64,000 nucleotides of DNA from the human T2T-CHM13v2.0 reference genome, Homo sapiens. Numbering within the stretch: the stretch's first letter is position 1; the number at the start of each line of letters is the position of its first letter. The stretch lies in assembly GCF_009914755.1 (NCBI RefSeq), contig NC_060926.1, one strand, 5' to 3'. This document shows, one piece after another, positions 13,846 to 29,547 of the stretch. Made by a program: the position numbers and the translations under genes. Below the pieces are notes generated by a model. It worked only from the letters and a program-made list of their open reading frames with translations. It made no database searches and was not told the origin of the DNA.

Positions 13846-16800
13846 ACATAATTTTGTGATGAGATAATATAGGATCTGTAGGTTTGTTTTTGTATCACCT
13901 CACATTAAGCCTCCAGGGCTTAGAGGAGCAGAATGAGAAGCTGAGTCATTTTGTTTTGAAGATGGAAGTTGGGACTCACTTATTTGTGGGCCCACATACT
14001 ATAAAAGGGTCAGGGGAAGCCCCTAATGTCATTATGATGGTTCTAAACCAAGGACTTCTGACTCCTTTTCCACAGTGTAGGGTTGTCTCGTATATTTTTT
14101 ATAGCTGTGATGGAGGAGCTTTAGTCAAAATACGTCTGGGAAGTTTTGAAGCAGTTGGAATATTTTACTTCCTAAATGCAGCTTCATCACAGGTGATGGA
14201 ACTCTATTGAAAGGAGAAAAGCCAGGGCCAAGATCTCCCTGTTGCTAGGCTCCCCATAGTGGGTATCTGGGAACAAGTCCTGCAGTCAGAGTACTTTAAT
14301 TAGTGCACAATACTTGCACAGGCAGGCAGGCATACTCACATGCAGAAAAGAAAACATTTCAGCCATTCAGGCAAAAGTCTGTATTTCACCTGAATCGTAA
14401 AGACTGTGCGTTTTCAACTCGTTTTTGTGTCAGTTTTCATCTAAAACTTAGCCCCCCCAAAAACTCAAAAGGCTTTATCATAATTACCTTAAATGAATTT
14501 TTGTCAAGAGGATTTTTACCTGAATTATCAGGATATATTCTAAGTTTTTTCTTTACTTTTTATCTAAACATTGAAGAAAAACTATGTTTATCTGAAGTTT
14601 AAATGCTTTTATGTAATTTTAATTTTGTAATGATACTGCGATTTCTTGAAACTCAGTAAACTGGACCAGAGAGTCAGTTTTTAATAACTGATAACTAATA
14701 TAGCCTCCAAGGTCCTCTAAGGACTTGTAAAACTTTTCCTTTTAAAATACTGGTTTTCTTTATTTCTTCTCTTGACACCACTAGGTTCACTCTCTGCCAC
14801 CATTCCTCAATGTCTCTAGTAAGAATCACCAGTAATAGTGTGTACTGTTAGAGATGCTCCTGATGGTGGAGTTACTGCAGGCTCAAATGCTAGCTCCTGC
14901 ACAGCTAATGAATTCTGAACCTGTGCCCGGTCCAAAAAAAAGTTTCCTGCTCCAGACACAGGGTCATATGATGAAACAAACTCTCGAAATACAATTCCCT
15001 TTCCTTCCTCTGTGGAACACACTGTATTTCATAAATTTATGAAGTACACTTATGTGTTTGCTTTATGCTTTACTGTCTTTAGCCATGAATTGCAAAGCAT
15101 TTCATATCTAAATACGTTTTCGTAGTATTCTACAAATTGTAATTTTACAAAATTTTAATGTTGGAAAATAGAGGGTTTTTTTTTACTTTAACATAAATGT
15201 TACATTATGAGCACTAAGGTCTTATTTTGCTTTTTAGCACTTCAGTTTCTTCGTCTAGACTGGAGTATATATGTTTAAAGGATGAGCAAATTAATATCTT
15301 GTAAGATAAAGTGGTTAAAACAAAATCCCATGTAACCTTATAAAGTATTAGCATCATCTTCATCTTATCATCACCCTTCCCTTAAAGATGATCTGTGTAA
15401 TCATTTATTCAGGACCATCTAGAAGCCACTGGCAGGGTTAGTCCTGGAACTCAGAGTTCCAGGGCCGCCTTTGCTCAGTGACACCAACTTTAGGTCAGGT
15501 GGCTAGTTCTTTGGAGTAGAGAAATAGAATTCAGTTGACCTTAGCATTTTGGAAAATCAGTTGGTTAAATGTAGAATTGTCTTCAAAGGGATAATTATGG
15601 AATAATGAGCCACAGAAAAGAAAATCTCTAGCACTTTCTGTCCTCTAAATTACACCATTTTTGAACCATGGAATGTATTTTGGAAGAGGTAGATCCCTTA
15701 AGAGTACTCAGAAACTCCCAACTTTGTTTTAGGTTCTGCTTTTTTGGGGGATAGTATCACAGTAATAGCTTGACATAGCGCCCCTAGTAAGAGTTTCATA
15801 GACTTCATTTTCAGAGAGAATCTAACGTCCTCTGCTGGTACTGTGAGCTGGAGAAGCCGTTTCTTTTTGTTGCTCTGATATTCCCTGCATGCTACCAACA
15901 TGTTCCACAGAGCTGTAGGCCCTACAGTAAATCTGCTTGGTTAGGGCAGGGTGACAGAACCTTCAAATATAGACCCACTTGGATTCAGATGAGTTCCAAC
16001 AGTGGGGTTGGATTCTTATGGTGTCTAAATTATATAGATTTACTTTAGAATATTCAGCTCTTCGTATAAAGATGGCCAAGAAAGATTACTCCCAATTTTG
16101 GGTCATCATTGGCTCACCAGACATGTGAGGAGGCTACCTTCTTCCCAATGCTTTCCTTGCCAGCATCCCCACTCCCCACTTTTTTTTTGTTTTTTTTCTG
16201 ACAATGGCATATTTTACTATTGTACTTTCATACCTACCTCATGGGGTAAGTAAATAGAAAGCTGAGGATGAAGCTAGCTCAAAAGAGGGCAGACACTTCA
16301 AAATTTGTGTTTCTATGACTAACATCTGAGGAAATATTTTCATGCTGAATGAAATGTCTTCTTCACTTATGCTTACATGTTTTAAATTTTTTTAATTAAT
16401 AAAAAATTTAGCCTTAATGAGTTTAAAGCTCAGTTTTAAGAAAAAAATCTGTAAATATATATATAATTTAATTTTTTTTGGACCATAATCTTGAAATACA
16501 GAAGTGCAGTTTTACACATAATAAAGAAGGGGGAGGGAATGATCACTTTACCAAAGAACTATTCATTTACCAACAAATTTATGGAAATAGTCTGTTAAAA
16601 AGCAAGTTCCCTTAATACAGTTGAAGTACTTGCTTTTACAGACATAAGTCATATAATGCATATAATACAAATGGCATTTCAGGTATACTTGTTTGTGTAC
16701 GAGTGTTTTAATAAAGTGAAATACTCAAAACAGTAATTTGCAACATAAAAAAAATACAAGCTGGCCTGTTGCTTATTTGTGTAACTCTAAGGAATATTAC

Positions 16801-16865
16801 AAAAGAACTGGTCACAAATGTTTATTAGGTAAAATACGCTATTGAGTAAATATATTATGCAATAA

Positions 16866-17168
<303 letters not shown>

Positions 17169-17666
17169 TAACTTCCAAGTAAACATTCAGCCTTTATTCT
17201 AGCCACCAATTTCTTAAATATTTAGAATTGTTCTCAAAAGGAACTGTATGAGAGACTGGACACTTCCATGGACTAGTTACTCCTCTGTAAAAACTAAGAG
17301 TATTTATTTTACCAGTGCTGGATTACCAGTGTCATCTTCATATATGAAGAAGATTAAAATTTTATTGAAACATATAAAACATAATTGATTTGGTAATAGT
17401 GGAAATAAACGATACCATCAAGATATGATTAAATAATTTAAAATCTATTTGTTAATTGATGGAAAACTTCAAACATGCATAAGAAGTTACTGTACTTATC
17501 ACTCAGTTTCAATAATTTATCAATTCATTGCTAAAGTTCTTTCATGTAATACCCTCGCCCATTTCTTCCCTTTCTATATTACTTTGAAGCAAATACGTAT
17601 TGTTTCTACTTGTAATGTAGTTAGTGTTTTATATACTTTTATGTAATATTATTACATTTTAATTGA

Positions 17667-17985
<319 letters not shown>

Positions 17986-19565
17986 GATAAGTGTTTAAAT
18001 TTCTCTAAAAACTATTTACTTATAAAGGTAAAAAAGATCTCTTTAGGCTTCAGTTTCACATATCTCCTTTAATCTTTTTTTAATAATTTCTAGTGATGGG
18101 ATGATTAAGAGACTATTAAAGCTATTACCTCTTTAGAGTCATGTTCAAAATAATTATTAGATCTGAAAAGGGACTTGTGGGTTTTGTTGTTGTTGTTTAT
18201 CCTTCTGCTTCTCCAATTTGTGTTGTAAATTCATGTTTAATTTTGTGTTCCCTCATTGCAGTTTATCAAAGTACATTCTGTATATTTTCTGTGGTTTTTT
18301 TCCTTCAGTTTTAATATTAAATTATTGGATTCTTTTTTTCAAATGACTTCTGTCTTCATTTCATGTATAAAATATAAATTTCTTATATTTTAATACTGGT
18401 ACCAAATTCTCTCACTCATTCACTTATTTTGTAAATCCTTAGCTTAATTACTGATTACTTTTGCCCATTAGGAATTGATATTTTTGTTCCACATAAAGGA
18501 GAGAGTTAATAGAAACTCCTAAGACAATGCACATTTTTTCCTCATTTATTCAGTTAATGAAAATGAGCTCAAGTCTAACAGCTATTTTATTTGATGTAGA
18601 ATGATACAAATATTATATATGTTTTAATTAAAAATAATAGATTATAATTCTTTTACTGTATATCAAAGGTTAGGACAGACAGAAGGCATTTTTAAAATAT
18701 GGCTCCTCTCTAGAAATACTCTGACCCCAGTTCTTACGAGTTCAAATTAGGACACCATTAGGAGATATTTGAGTGGCTATCCAGTAGAGTACTTTGAAGT
18801 AATCTAGTCGCCTTATAAAACTTAAAGGAATTTATTTTTGTCTTAGTAGTGACCAGTCTAATCTGGATGGCCAATGGCTTTGCATCACTCATACTTCTCA
18901 TGCTTTTCTTTATTCATCTCCATGGGAACTATGAAATAACAATCCTTAGATATGGAATCCATCTGATCTTTGCCCTTTTGCTGTTGATTTTCCTTTTCCT
19001 GCTGACCTCAGTCTTATACCTTAAGTAAGTGAGACCAGGTATGCATATTAAGGAATTTCTGTAGTCAACAAATGAACTTTACTTTCTTTAGTATATTTCT
19101 TTTATCTCAAGAAACAAGAATAAATACTTAGAAGATCAGTAGTTGCAAAACTACTAATTGCTTTTCATAACTCAGTTTTTTCACCTAATTATAGTTGATT
19201 GGTTAGGAAAACAGCAGAAAGTTAAAGTCTTAATTTTAAGTTGTTCTTGGTGGACATATTATATATATCTACAAACACTTTCAAAAGCCTTTTATGTTTA
19301 TATTGCCTTAGTGCTGATAGGTTTTGAGTGATTGAATCACATACTCATATTTCACCAGCTGTCATTTAGCTTCCATTTAAATATTTTCTGCGTAAGATAA
19401 AATTACAGTTCAACCATCCTAATTTATACCTGTACATGTAGGGTTCTTGGACTAATTTCTGCTGTGAGGTGAACATCCCTGCTTAGCATTTACTCTTCAT
19501 GTCATCTGATATAATGATACCTGTGGGTGGCATAATTGTAGGTACGGGAACAACTTACAACATAA

Positions 19566-19956
<391 letters not shown>

Positions 19957-20852
19957 TAGAAATTCCAGCTCTGGTTTTTCTAGGTGTATATTTGTTTTAT
20001 GGATTAATTCAGCCATTTAAAATGATTTATGTGTTTAACAGTATGTCACCCTAAGTTGCCCTTGCCTTCTGTTCACTTCCATTTTAAAGCATTTTTTTAA
20101 ACTAAAAAGAAAAATAGAAATACATCTCTATCTTTTAAATTATTGTACCAAGAACATGGAGTAAATTAATAGCTTTAGTCCTATCATTTTCTGTCATCAC
20201 TTCTATTCCCTTTACCCTAGATAATCAGTATTAAGCTTTCCAAATTGATTTACCCTCCTAGTCAGATTCTTTTAAGATCTTCCAGTACTTCTGCCTTAGA
20301 AATTTCTCATATATCAAAAGTAGTATTTAAAGGGCTGTGATCATTTTCCTACCCTGTTACTAGAGTTTCAGAACATCATGTTCTTTGTAAATTCCTACGG
20401 TGTGTGATTGTGCGTGTATTAAAAGATCTTTTCATCTTAATTTAAGAATGGACCTTTTATTCCTTAAATATTTTAAGAAAACTTTCTGATATATTCAAGC
20501 AACCATACCTTTACATTAGGAATATAAATAGCTGCCATTATAATAAATGGCATACCATAGGGTCATGTAAAAATATAACAGGGAGCATATTACAACACTG
20601 CAGTTTAATTCTGGTGTTTGTAGGATGTGCTAAAGTTAGAGAGCTGAATGATTTTCTTGTAAAACATGATAGTATAATGGGGCCTCCTCCCTATTATTGG
20701 CCAATATTACTTGGTGCTTTTAAGGAAGCACATTTCTTTTTTTTTTTTTTTTTTTTTTTTTTTGCTTTTTGAGACAGGGTTCATTTGGAATCAGAAAAGA
20801 CTTTTCCATAAGTATGTTTTATTCAAACATATAATTCTTATTAATCTCAATT

Positions 20853-21128
<276 letters not shown>

Positions 21129-22594
21129 TGATAATTCTCATTTTACTTTCAGAGGATATTTTGAGGTGCTGAAGCAATAATTTATCAATATACAGATTAG
21201 GTATAATGTGGTCTTAGATACATATATTTAAAAATCAACAGGTATCTCTTTTTACTTTCATATACACATTTATATTTTGCCCTCTTGATTTCTGTCTTCC
21301 TTCTGTCTAGAGCTACAGTGCATGCCATTATATTTGTCATCTAGGAACTTACTGACTAGTGGGGAACACAGGTGAGTGAATAATGACAAAATGAAGCCAC
21401 TGACTGCCTAGAGAGAGGTTAGCAAGTTTTTCAGAAAAGATGACGTTTGAGTTTGAAGATGGTAGGAGTTTGAAGATGATAGATAAGAAGACATGGAGTG
21501 TAACCTTTCGGCAAGAGAAAAATGATGGATACAGATTTTCAAGAGACCATTGCTATCTGCGTAGCAATGAGGGGAAAAAACATAATTTTAAAAACTTGTA
21601 GTCTTTAAACTCATTGAAGACCTGTGTCACAGAGAAGTTTAAATGAACAAAGCTCAAGAGAAACACTACATCCTCCTAGAAAAGAAGTGCCTGGTGGCCA
21701 TTTGCATCCCTGGGAGCATTAACTGAGTCATAGGTAGATAAAGGAACAAGTCTTCTACAAATAAGGGAGCTTTTATGGTACAAGGAGAAACCAGCTGAAC
21801 TTTTATAGCCACTTGTGGGCAGACATGACAGATTAGAATATGGGATCCTCAAACAGAGCTAGTCCAACCCCCACACTGAATCTCAGCAGGACTTTTGTTG
21901 AGTAAAAAGTGATTAAGAAAATTGGGACTGAGCTAGAGAAAGAAGGATCTTAAAACCTTGCTAGAGAAAGAGACCTGATTCCATCTTCAAGACATTTGAA
22001 ACCAAAGACATTTGAACTGGAACTAAAAGGTTCAACTCAGATAAACTCCTAGTTAGATTGAAGAGATATATTCTTCACTCTACTCTTGGCAGGAAACAAA
22101 GCACTTTCTCTGGGAGAAAATATTTTCTTCTTTAGTATCCTTTTATATTCAATGTTTAGCAAAAATAAAAATTTTGAGAGACTTGAGGAGAGGAAAATGG
22201 GATCCGTAATCAAGAGAAACAATAGTGTAAATAAACTCATCAATAACCCAGATGTTTGAATTAACAGACAAAAAAAAAAAAACTTATGTTAAAGAATTTA
22301 GAAGAAAAGATGGTCAAAACTGGTAAGAAGGTAGCAAATTTCAGCAGAGAAATGGAAACTAAAAAACTAAATGAAAATTCTAGAACAAAAAGTACTATGA
22401 AGAATTAATTGGTTGGACTTATTGGAGTCAGGTCAGTAAAAATAATATGCAAACAGAAGCACGGAAGTAGAATGAGAAAAGAGCATCAGAGACCTGTGGG
22501 GCAACATTAAATGGTCTAACATGCCTGTGACTGGAATCTCAGGAGAGAGAATGGGGCAGAACAAAATCTGAAAAAAAAAAAAAAAAAGTCTGAG

Positions 22595-22900
22595 GGCTGG
22601 GCACGGTGGCTCACACCTGTAATCCTAGCACTTTGGGAGGCCAAGGTGGGCAGATCACTTGAAGTCAGGAGTTTAAGACCAGCCTGGCCAAAATGGTTAA
22701 ACCCCATCTCTACCAAAAATACAAAAATTACCCAATTTTTTTGTGTTTTGGCGCATGCCTGTAATCCTGGCTACTTAGGTGGCTGAGGCAGGAGAATCTC
22801 TTGAACCCAGGAATTAGAGGTTGCAGGGAGCCAAGATTGTGCCATACACTCTAGCCTGGGCAACAGAGTGAGACTCTTGTCTTCAACAACAAAAAAAACT
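22595..22900 (+). mobile_element. AluS
   Basis: Sense Alu dimer. Confidence 0.92.
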
Positions 22901-23307
22901 AATAACATAATTAAGATTGAAAAAAGAAAATGTCTGAGAATGTTTCAAGATTTTTGAAAAGATACAAAGCCACATACCAAAGAGTGAACAGAACCAAGTG
23001 GAAAAAAAATAAACAGAACCACAGCTAACTACATCATAATTGAATTACCGAAAACCAGTAATGTGTTGGACAGGAGTGTTGTTAAGGCAGTGTATTATAC
23101 TTTAATTGGAAGTGTTTTTTCTTTTTTAGAGATTCATAAAAGTGTGGCGCTATTTACAGCTTTCATGAAATATTAAAAGCAGCCAGAGGAGAAAATACAT
23201 TGAATTCAGAGGAACAATAAAAATAATGACAGCTGACTTCCCATTGGAAACATAGAAGTCCAAAGAAAATGGAATGACATCTTTTAAGTTTTTAAATTTA
23301 AAATTAC

Positions 23308-23615
23308 AGGCGGGTGCGGTGGCTCACGCCTGTAATCCCAGCACTTTGGGAGACCGAGGCAGGTGGATCATCTGAGGTCAGGAGTTCAAGACCAGCCTGG
23401 CCAACATGGCGAAACCCTGTTTCTACTAAAAATACGAAAATTATCTGGGTGTGGTGGTGCATACCTGTAATCCCAGCTACTCGGGAGGGTGAGGCAGGAG
23501 AATTGCTTGAACCCAGGAGGCGGAGGTTGCAGTTAGCCGAGATCACGCCACTGTACTCCAGCCTGGGTGACAGAATTAGACTCTCAAATGAAACAAAACA
23601 AAAAGACAAACAAAA
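23308..23615 (+). mobile_element. AluS
   Basis: Sense Alu dimer. Confidence 0.93.
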
Positions 23616-24707
23616 TTTGATTTAGACTTCTATAACCAGTAAAAATGTTTAAAGAATGAGTACAAAGTGAAGGCAATTTCATACAAATAAAACAGAGAAT
23701 CTCCCACCATGCACTACAAGAAATACTAACAGGGTTTTTAAGCTGAAGGAAAATGATTCTACATGGCAACCTGAATCTGCAAGAAGGAAAGAAAAGCACT
23801 AGAAAATGTGTGGAAAAAATGGAAAGACGAGTATTTTAAAAACTTATTTTACAAAAACAAAATCAGTATATTGTGGAGTTTATCACACAGAAAAGTAAAA
23901 CGCATGACAAAAACTTTACAAAAGGTAAGAGTAAATGAGGTACACTATTACAAAGTTGTTACATTGTGAAATATAATTTATTTCATGGTAATCAAGGTAA
24001 ACTGATAATTTAAGAATATATGTTATACTCACTGAAAGTAATACAAAGTTATATAGCTAAAAAGCCAATTAAAGCATATAAAATGGAGTACTGAGAATGA
24101 CATGACAGAATTCAGTGTAAGGATTTTGGAGTAGTAGAAGCAGGAGGTTTAGCTTAGAAAGTGGTAGCGTAGGTGTTAGATTATGAAGGGCCTTTTATAT
24201 CATACCAGGTAGTTTGTACCTTACCATTATGAGCCACTGGAATTTATTTTAGGCAGACGATTGATATCATGTTATTTACAAAATTAACTAGTAGGATTAA
24301 TATGTTATTTACAAGATTAACTGGTAATTTCTACTATAAATTTTGTCTTACTGTAAGATACTGTCTTCAACTACTAGGGTTTGAGGGGAGGGAAAGGACT
24401 TGACATAAATTGGAGAGACTCCTAGGATAGAATAGATAGACCTATAAGACTTATGCAATATTGCAGTAAGAAGTAGAGGGAAGAATCAATTCTTTCTGTA
24501 GTATCTGCCTTTGGAAACCATTGGATGTTGGTGTTATATGAGAAAGGAAGGTTAGGTGTAGTATCAAACCCAAGGAAGAAGATAATGAGTTCCAGCCTGA
24601 GTGTGGTCGATTTCATATACCTTGAGGATAGCCAGGTGGAGTTAATGAGTGAGCATCTGTCTATAAAACTTAAAAGAGTAGTGTAGGTCTCAGATATGTG
24701 TCTTAGT

Positions 24708-25192
24708 TAACCAATTCTAAGATGCACATTTTGTCACACTTGACGTCCCTGGAAACAGATTGTGGCTTATAATTAATGGCCTCCCAAAATCCTTTTTGGA
24801 AAAGCAGCAGTTTTGGATGTTCTTATTGTTGTATCAATTGAATTTTGTGCAATATTAATAATTCATGTGTTGATTGGAGGAATAAACAACTTCATATTTT
24901 ATTGCAACAATTGCTTTATGAGAGTTAAAAAGGGAAATAGTCACAACTAAATGAAGCTGCATTAAGTGCCAAAGGATTGCTGTCATATGCAAAGCATTGA
25001 AATTGATGGCACCAGAAGAAATTGCCATATTCATGGGAGTAAAGAAATTTCAAAGGAATGAGAGGCTGATGTGTCCATTTCATGTGTTACACGGGACTGT
25101 TGTTAAGGCAGTGTATCATAGTTTAATTGGAAGTGTTTTTTTCTTTTTTAGAGATTTATAAAAGTATGGTGCTGCTTACAACTTCCATGAAA
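24708..25192. mobile_element. Old Tc2-like DNA transposon (Kanga/MER104-like)
   Basis: attctaagatgcacatttt...cttataattaatggc resembles MER104/Kanga termini. Confidence 0.45.
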
Positions 25193-26104
25193 AGAATCAT
25201 TGGCATATAGGTAGTAGTTGAAGACATGGGAATGGAGGAAACATCTAGGGGAACAAAGAATGAAGTGAGGTCTCTGTGAATAGGATCTGGTATAGATTCT
25301 GGTGTGTGTGTATTTTCCATTTAGCAGTAGAGGCAGAATGCATACCTGCTCTGACTGCTAAATGCATGCATTTCTTGATCTCCATCAGCTTTTGCTCCAA
25401 AATTTGGCAGTGACCTTTTTACTTTCCTAAGCCAAAGAATAGTAGCGCCAAAGAATAGTAGCACCAAAGTGTTACTAGTGAGAACTATGTGTTCTCACCA
25501 TGTTAGAACATGGTGTTCCAAGGAATTTAATCCTGCCTCTGGAAGTGATGTATGCAGGTAAGCCAAGGAAATGCTCTATATAAAAATAGAGGAAGACCCC
25601 CCCCCAAAAAAAAATCATTAGTAATGTTATATGCTAATGAGGCACCAGATCAAGAAAAAAGCAGAAAAACATCAAGTGTGAGCAAAATAGGAATATTGCA
25701 CTTCCTTTAGTCTTTTTCCACAAAAATCTTTTCCCCCCAATCTTCTTTTATTTTTCTCTTATAGTAAATTTCCTTTCAAAAATTGCAAGTACTATGTGTC
25801 TTCCATAAATAAATAATTCAGACAAATACAAACTTTATTACTTTCTCTTATTTTCTTTAAGTATTCATTTAAGACTTTTTTGTTAAATGCCTACAGATTA
25901 TTCATTGTTGTTTAAGGTGCTAGGGATATAATGGCAAACATGGTAGTTCTTTGCTCTCATACTTGTATTCTAAGAGGCGAGGCAGACAAAAGTTTTTTCA
26001 AGTAGTGACATTTTCTAAAAAGAAAGAAAACATAGTTCCACTGTAGAAGCAGCAGCCTTGGATAGGGCATTTAAGGATGGATTTTCAAAACATACGATAC
26101 TCTG

Positions 26105-26403
26105 GGCCAGGCGCTGTGGCTGACGCCTGTAATCCCAGCACTTTGGGAGGCCAAGGTGGGCAGATCACGAGGTCAGGAGATCGAGACCATCCTGGCTAAC
26201 ATGGTGAAACCCCGTCTCTACCAAAAAAATACAAAAAATTAGCCAGGCGGGCTGGCAGGTTCCTGTAGTCCCAGCTACTCAGGAATCTGAAGCAGGAGAA
26301 TGGCATGAACCTAGGAGGCGGAGCTTGCAGTGAGCCGAGATCACGCCACTGCACTCCAGCCTGGGCAACAGAGAGACTCCATCTCAAAAAAAAAAAAAAA
26401 AAA
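26105..26403 (+). mobile_element. AluY
   Basis: gagatcgagaccatcctggctaac and ggagcttgcag Y diagnostics. Confidence 0.95.
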
Positions 26404-26613
26404 GATATGATACTCAAGCTGAGATCTGAAAGAGTTAGCTGTGGAAAGGTTGACAGAAGAACATGTACAAAGGGTCTGAGGTGGAAACAATTCTGATGTC
26501 CTCTAGGAACAGAAGGAAGGACATCGGTAGGAGAGAAGATAGCCATGGAACAGGTTGTGTAGGACAGTGTAAGCTTTAATTCCCACCCCTTTTCTCCAGT
26601 TAACCAGTGTTAC

Positions 26614-27001
26614 TGATATGGTTTGGCTCTGTGTCCCCACCCAAATCTCATCTCGAATTGTAATCTCCATGTGTTGAGGGAGGGACCCGTAATCCCTATG
26701 TGTTTAGAGAAGGTGGTGATTGGCTCATGAGGGCAGTTTCTCCCATGCTGTTCTCATGATAGTGAGTTCTCACGAGATCCAATGGTTTTTATAAGTATTT
26801 GACAGTTCCTCCTTCATACACTCACACTCTCTCATGCCGCCTTGTGAAGAAGGTGCCTGCTTCCCCTTCCGCCATGAATGTGAATTTCCTGAGGCCTCCC
26901 AGCCATGTGGAACTGTGAGTCAATTAAACCTCCTTTGTTTACAGATTACCTATTCCAGGGTAATATCTTTATAGCAGTGTGAGAAGGAACGGACTAATAC
27001 A
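26614..27001 (+). mobile_element. THE1 (THE1D-like) MaLR solo LTR
   Basis: tgatatggtttggctctgtgtccccacccaaatc...ggactaataca; 5-bp TSD gttac. Confidence 0.9.
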
Positions 27002-27194
27002 GTTACTGATAACAGTTTGTAACATTGAGTTACAAGCTACTGTTAGGCCTTCTCAGACTTACATTATATCTCATGAATCTTTATTTAAGTTATGTTGCAA
27101 AGCCCACCCACATTAGCATCTTCTGTTTACAGTCAAACTTTTAAGATGCTTTGCACACCACATTTATTTTCTCATCTTGTTGTCACAAAATGTC

Positions 27195-27483
27195 TTTTTT
27201 TCCCCCCTTAGAAACAGGGTTTTGTTCTGTCACCCGGGCTTGAGTGCAGTGGCACAGTCATAGCTCACTGCAGCCTTGAACTCCTGGGCTCAAGGGATCC
27301 TCTCACAGCCTCCCAAGTAGCTAGGACTATAGGCATATACTACCATGCCAGACTAATTTTTTATTTTTAAAGACAGGGTCTCACTGTGTTGCCCAGTCTG
27401 GTCTCTACTTCCTGGGCTCAAGCCATCCTACTGCCTAAGGCTCCCAAGTAGTTGGGATTATAGGTGCAACCACCACACCTGGT
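27195..27483 (-). mobile_element. AluJ
   Basis: catagctcactgcagccttgaactcctgggctcaag. Confidence 0.88.
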
Positions 27484-27910
27484 GAAATCTCTATTTTGAT
27501 ATTATAGTCATTTGGTTAGAGTTTATCTTCCATTATTTTCATCAAATACATTTGGGTGCTATACTTCTGGATCTTTGCAAGTCCAAAAATGTCTTCATTT
27601 TGCCCTATACCTATCTTAACTGGGTGTCAATTTCTTAATTTCTTCTTAATAGTTAGTAAATTGTTTGTCTTCTAGTGTTATAGGTGAGAAATTTGATGTT
27701 AGTCTTTTCTTGTAAGAAACTTGTTCTTTCTGTATGACAATGTGTAAAATTCTTTTCTTGTCCTCAAAATTTAGGATTTCCAGTAGAATGTACTTTCTTT
27801 TTTCTTCCTAAAATATTTCTCCTTATAATGAAGTAAGCTCTTGAAATCTGCACTTAAGCCTTTAACTCAAAAATTTTCTTCTAGTATTTATTTAATTACA
27901 TCTCCATTTG

Positions 27911-27982
27911 TTTCTTTTTCTCCTTTTGGAACTTTAAAACTACCAGTAATTTCTTTTTCTCCTCTTGGAACTTTAAAACTAC
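27911..27982. repeat. 39-bp tandem duplication
   Basis: tttctttttctcct.ttggaactttaaaactac at 27911 and 27950. Confidence 0.85.
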
Positions 27983-28295
27983 GTAAAATTTTACACTACA
28001 GTTTCAAAGTCTTATACGTTCCTTATGATTGCCATTTTCTTTGTGTTTTTGCTCTGTGTTATAAGCAGTAGGACAAAAATTGACCTATTGCAGCAACTTC
28101 AGCCTTTTTGACTGATTCACGGTAATAAATATATTTTACATAGCAACCCAGTTCACACACAGCTAATCAAAACAAAATGTCATGACATAATATTTATCCT
28201 AACTATAGGTGATGCACTCTATTTTTCTAGTTTATTCTATCTTTTTATTCTATTTTATTTTTAAAAAAAAAGATGGTAGTTTTTAAATACTAAAT

Positions 28296-28502
28296 CAGTG
28301 GTTCTCAACCAAGGCAACTTTGTTTCCCAGGGAACATTTGGCAGTATCTGGAGATATTTGATTGTCACAACTAAGGAGGATGCTACTGGCATCTAGTGGG
28401 TAAGAGGCCAGAGATGCTGCTAAACATTCTACAATGCACAGAACAGTCCCCCACAACAAATTACCTGGCCAAATGTCAATGCTGCGAAGGTTGAGAAGCA
28501 CT
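28296..28502. mobile_element. MER20 DNA transposon
   Basis: cagtggttctcaacc...ctactggcatctagtgggta.gaggccag.gatgctgctaaacat...ggttgagaa. Confidence 0.85.
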
Positions 28503-29250
28503 ACACTATAAATTTATTTCATTACTCCTCAGTGTAATGATTCTCTACTCTGACTGTACATTCATAAGAATCACATGGGGAGATTGATTTCATAACTCAG
28601 ATTAACTGGTGACTAGTAGTTTTTAAATGTTTCATTCTTCAGTGTTTTAAAAATATGTACCTATGTACCTATCGTATATGGCTATGACAAACATTCAGTC
28701 CTAATTTTATGTGGTAGTGGTGTTTTTTTGAGTAAAAGCTAGTGGTTAATCTGATAGTTCAGCAGTATAATTTTTGCACCTTTATTCAGCTTTCCAGTTA
28801 AACTATAAGTTAAAAAAATTCTTTTGTTAGGTTATCCTGTGTTTTTGAATGTTGTTGAAAATGAGGTAAATTTAACTAGGTTACCAGATATTATTTCAGG
28901 TAAGAATTTCCAGTAACATAAGGTTATTATATAAACTGTAATATTATATCTCCTATAAATTATATTTTAAAGTCCAGAATAAGCACCATTCCCAGGTAGT
29001 TTGAGCACAGCAGATTTCTTATGATACTGCGTTCTTGTAAGCCCATGTTTCTACGCAGTGATAGAAGTAAGATTATACTTCTTTAGACCACATAGACGAG
29101 GTCATACTTCGTAGGTCAGTCTTGTTACAAATAGAAGAGTCTAGCATGGAATCAGAGTAGTTTGCAAAGTTGAGCCTTTGGGTTTCTAGAATTGGAGGAG
29201 GAGACCTTCAGTTATAGAAGGGGTTAATTACAAATTGTATACGGATTTGA

Positions 29251-29490
<240 letters not shown>

Positions 29491-29547
29491 TAAGTTTCTG
29501 GGTATATGATATAATAAACAATGTATACTTTATAAATCAGTTAGATA

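Larger units (their letters stand above)
22150..24095 (+). mobile_element. Old L1M ORF1-region remnant interrupted by two Alus
   Basis: A-rich degenerate ORF1 motifs (agagacctgtggg, aaaagcagccagag, acagctgacttc, tacaagaaatacta). Confidence 0.65.

Noticed and set aside
25431-25469. 16-bp repeated unit gccaaagaatagtagc
   Set aside because: Simple slippage duplication without spacers; not a CRISPR-like array
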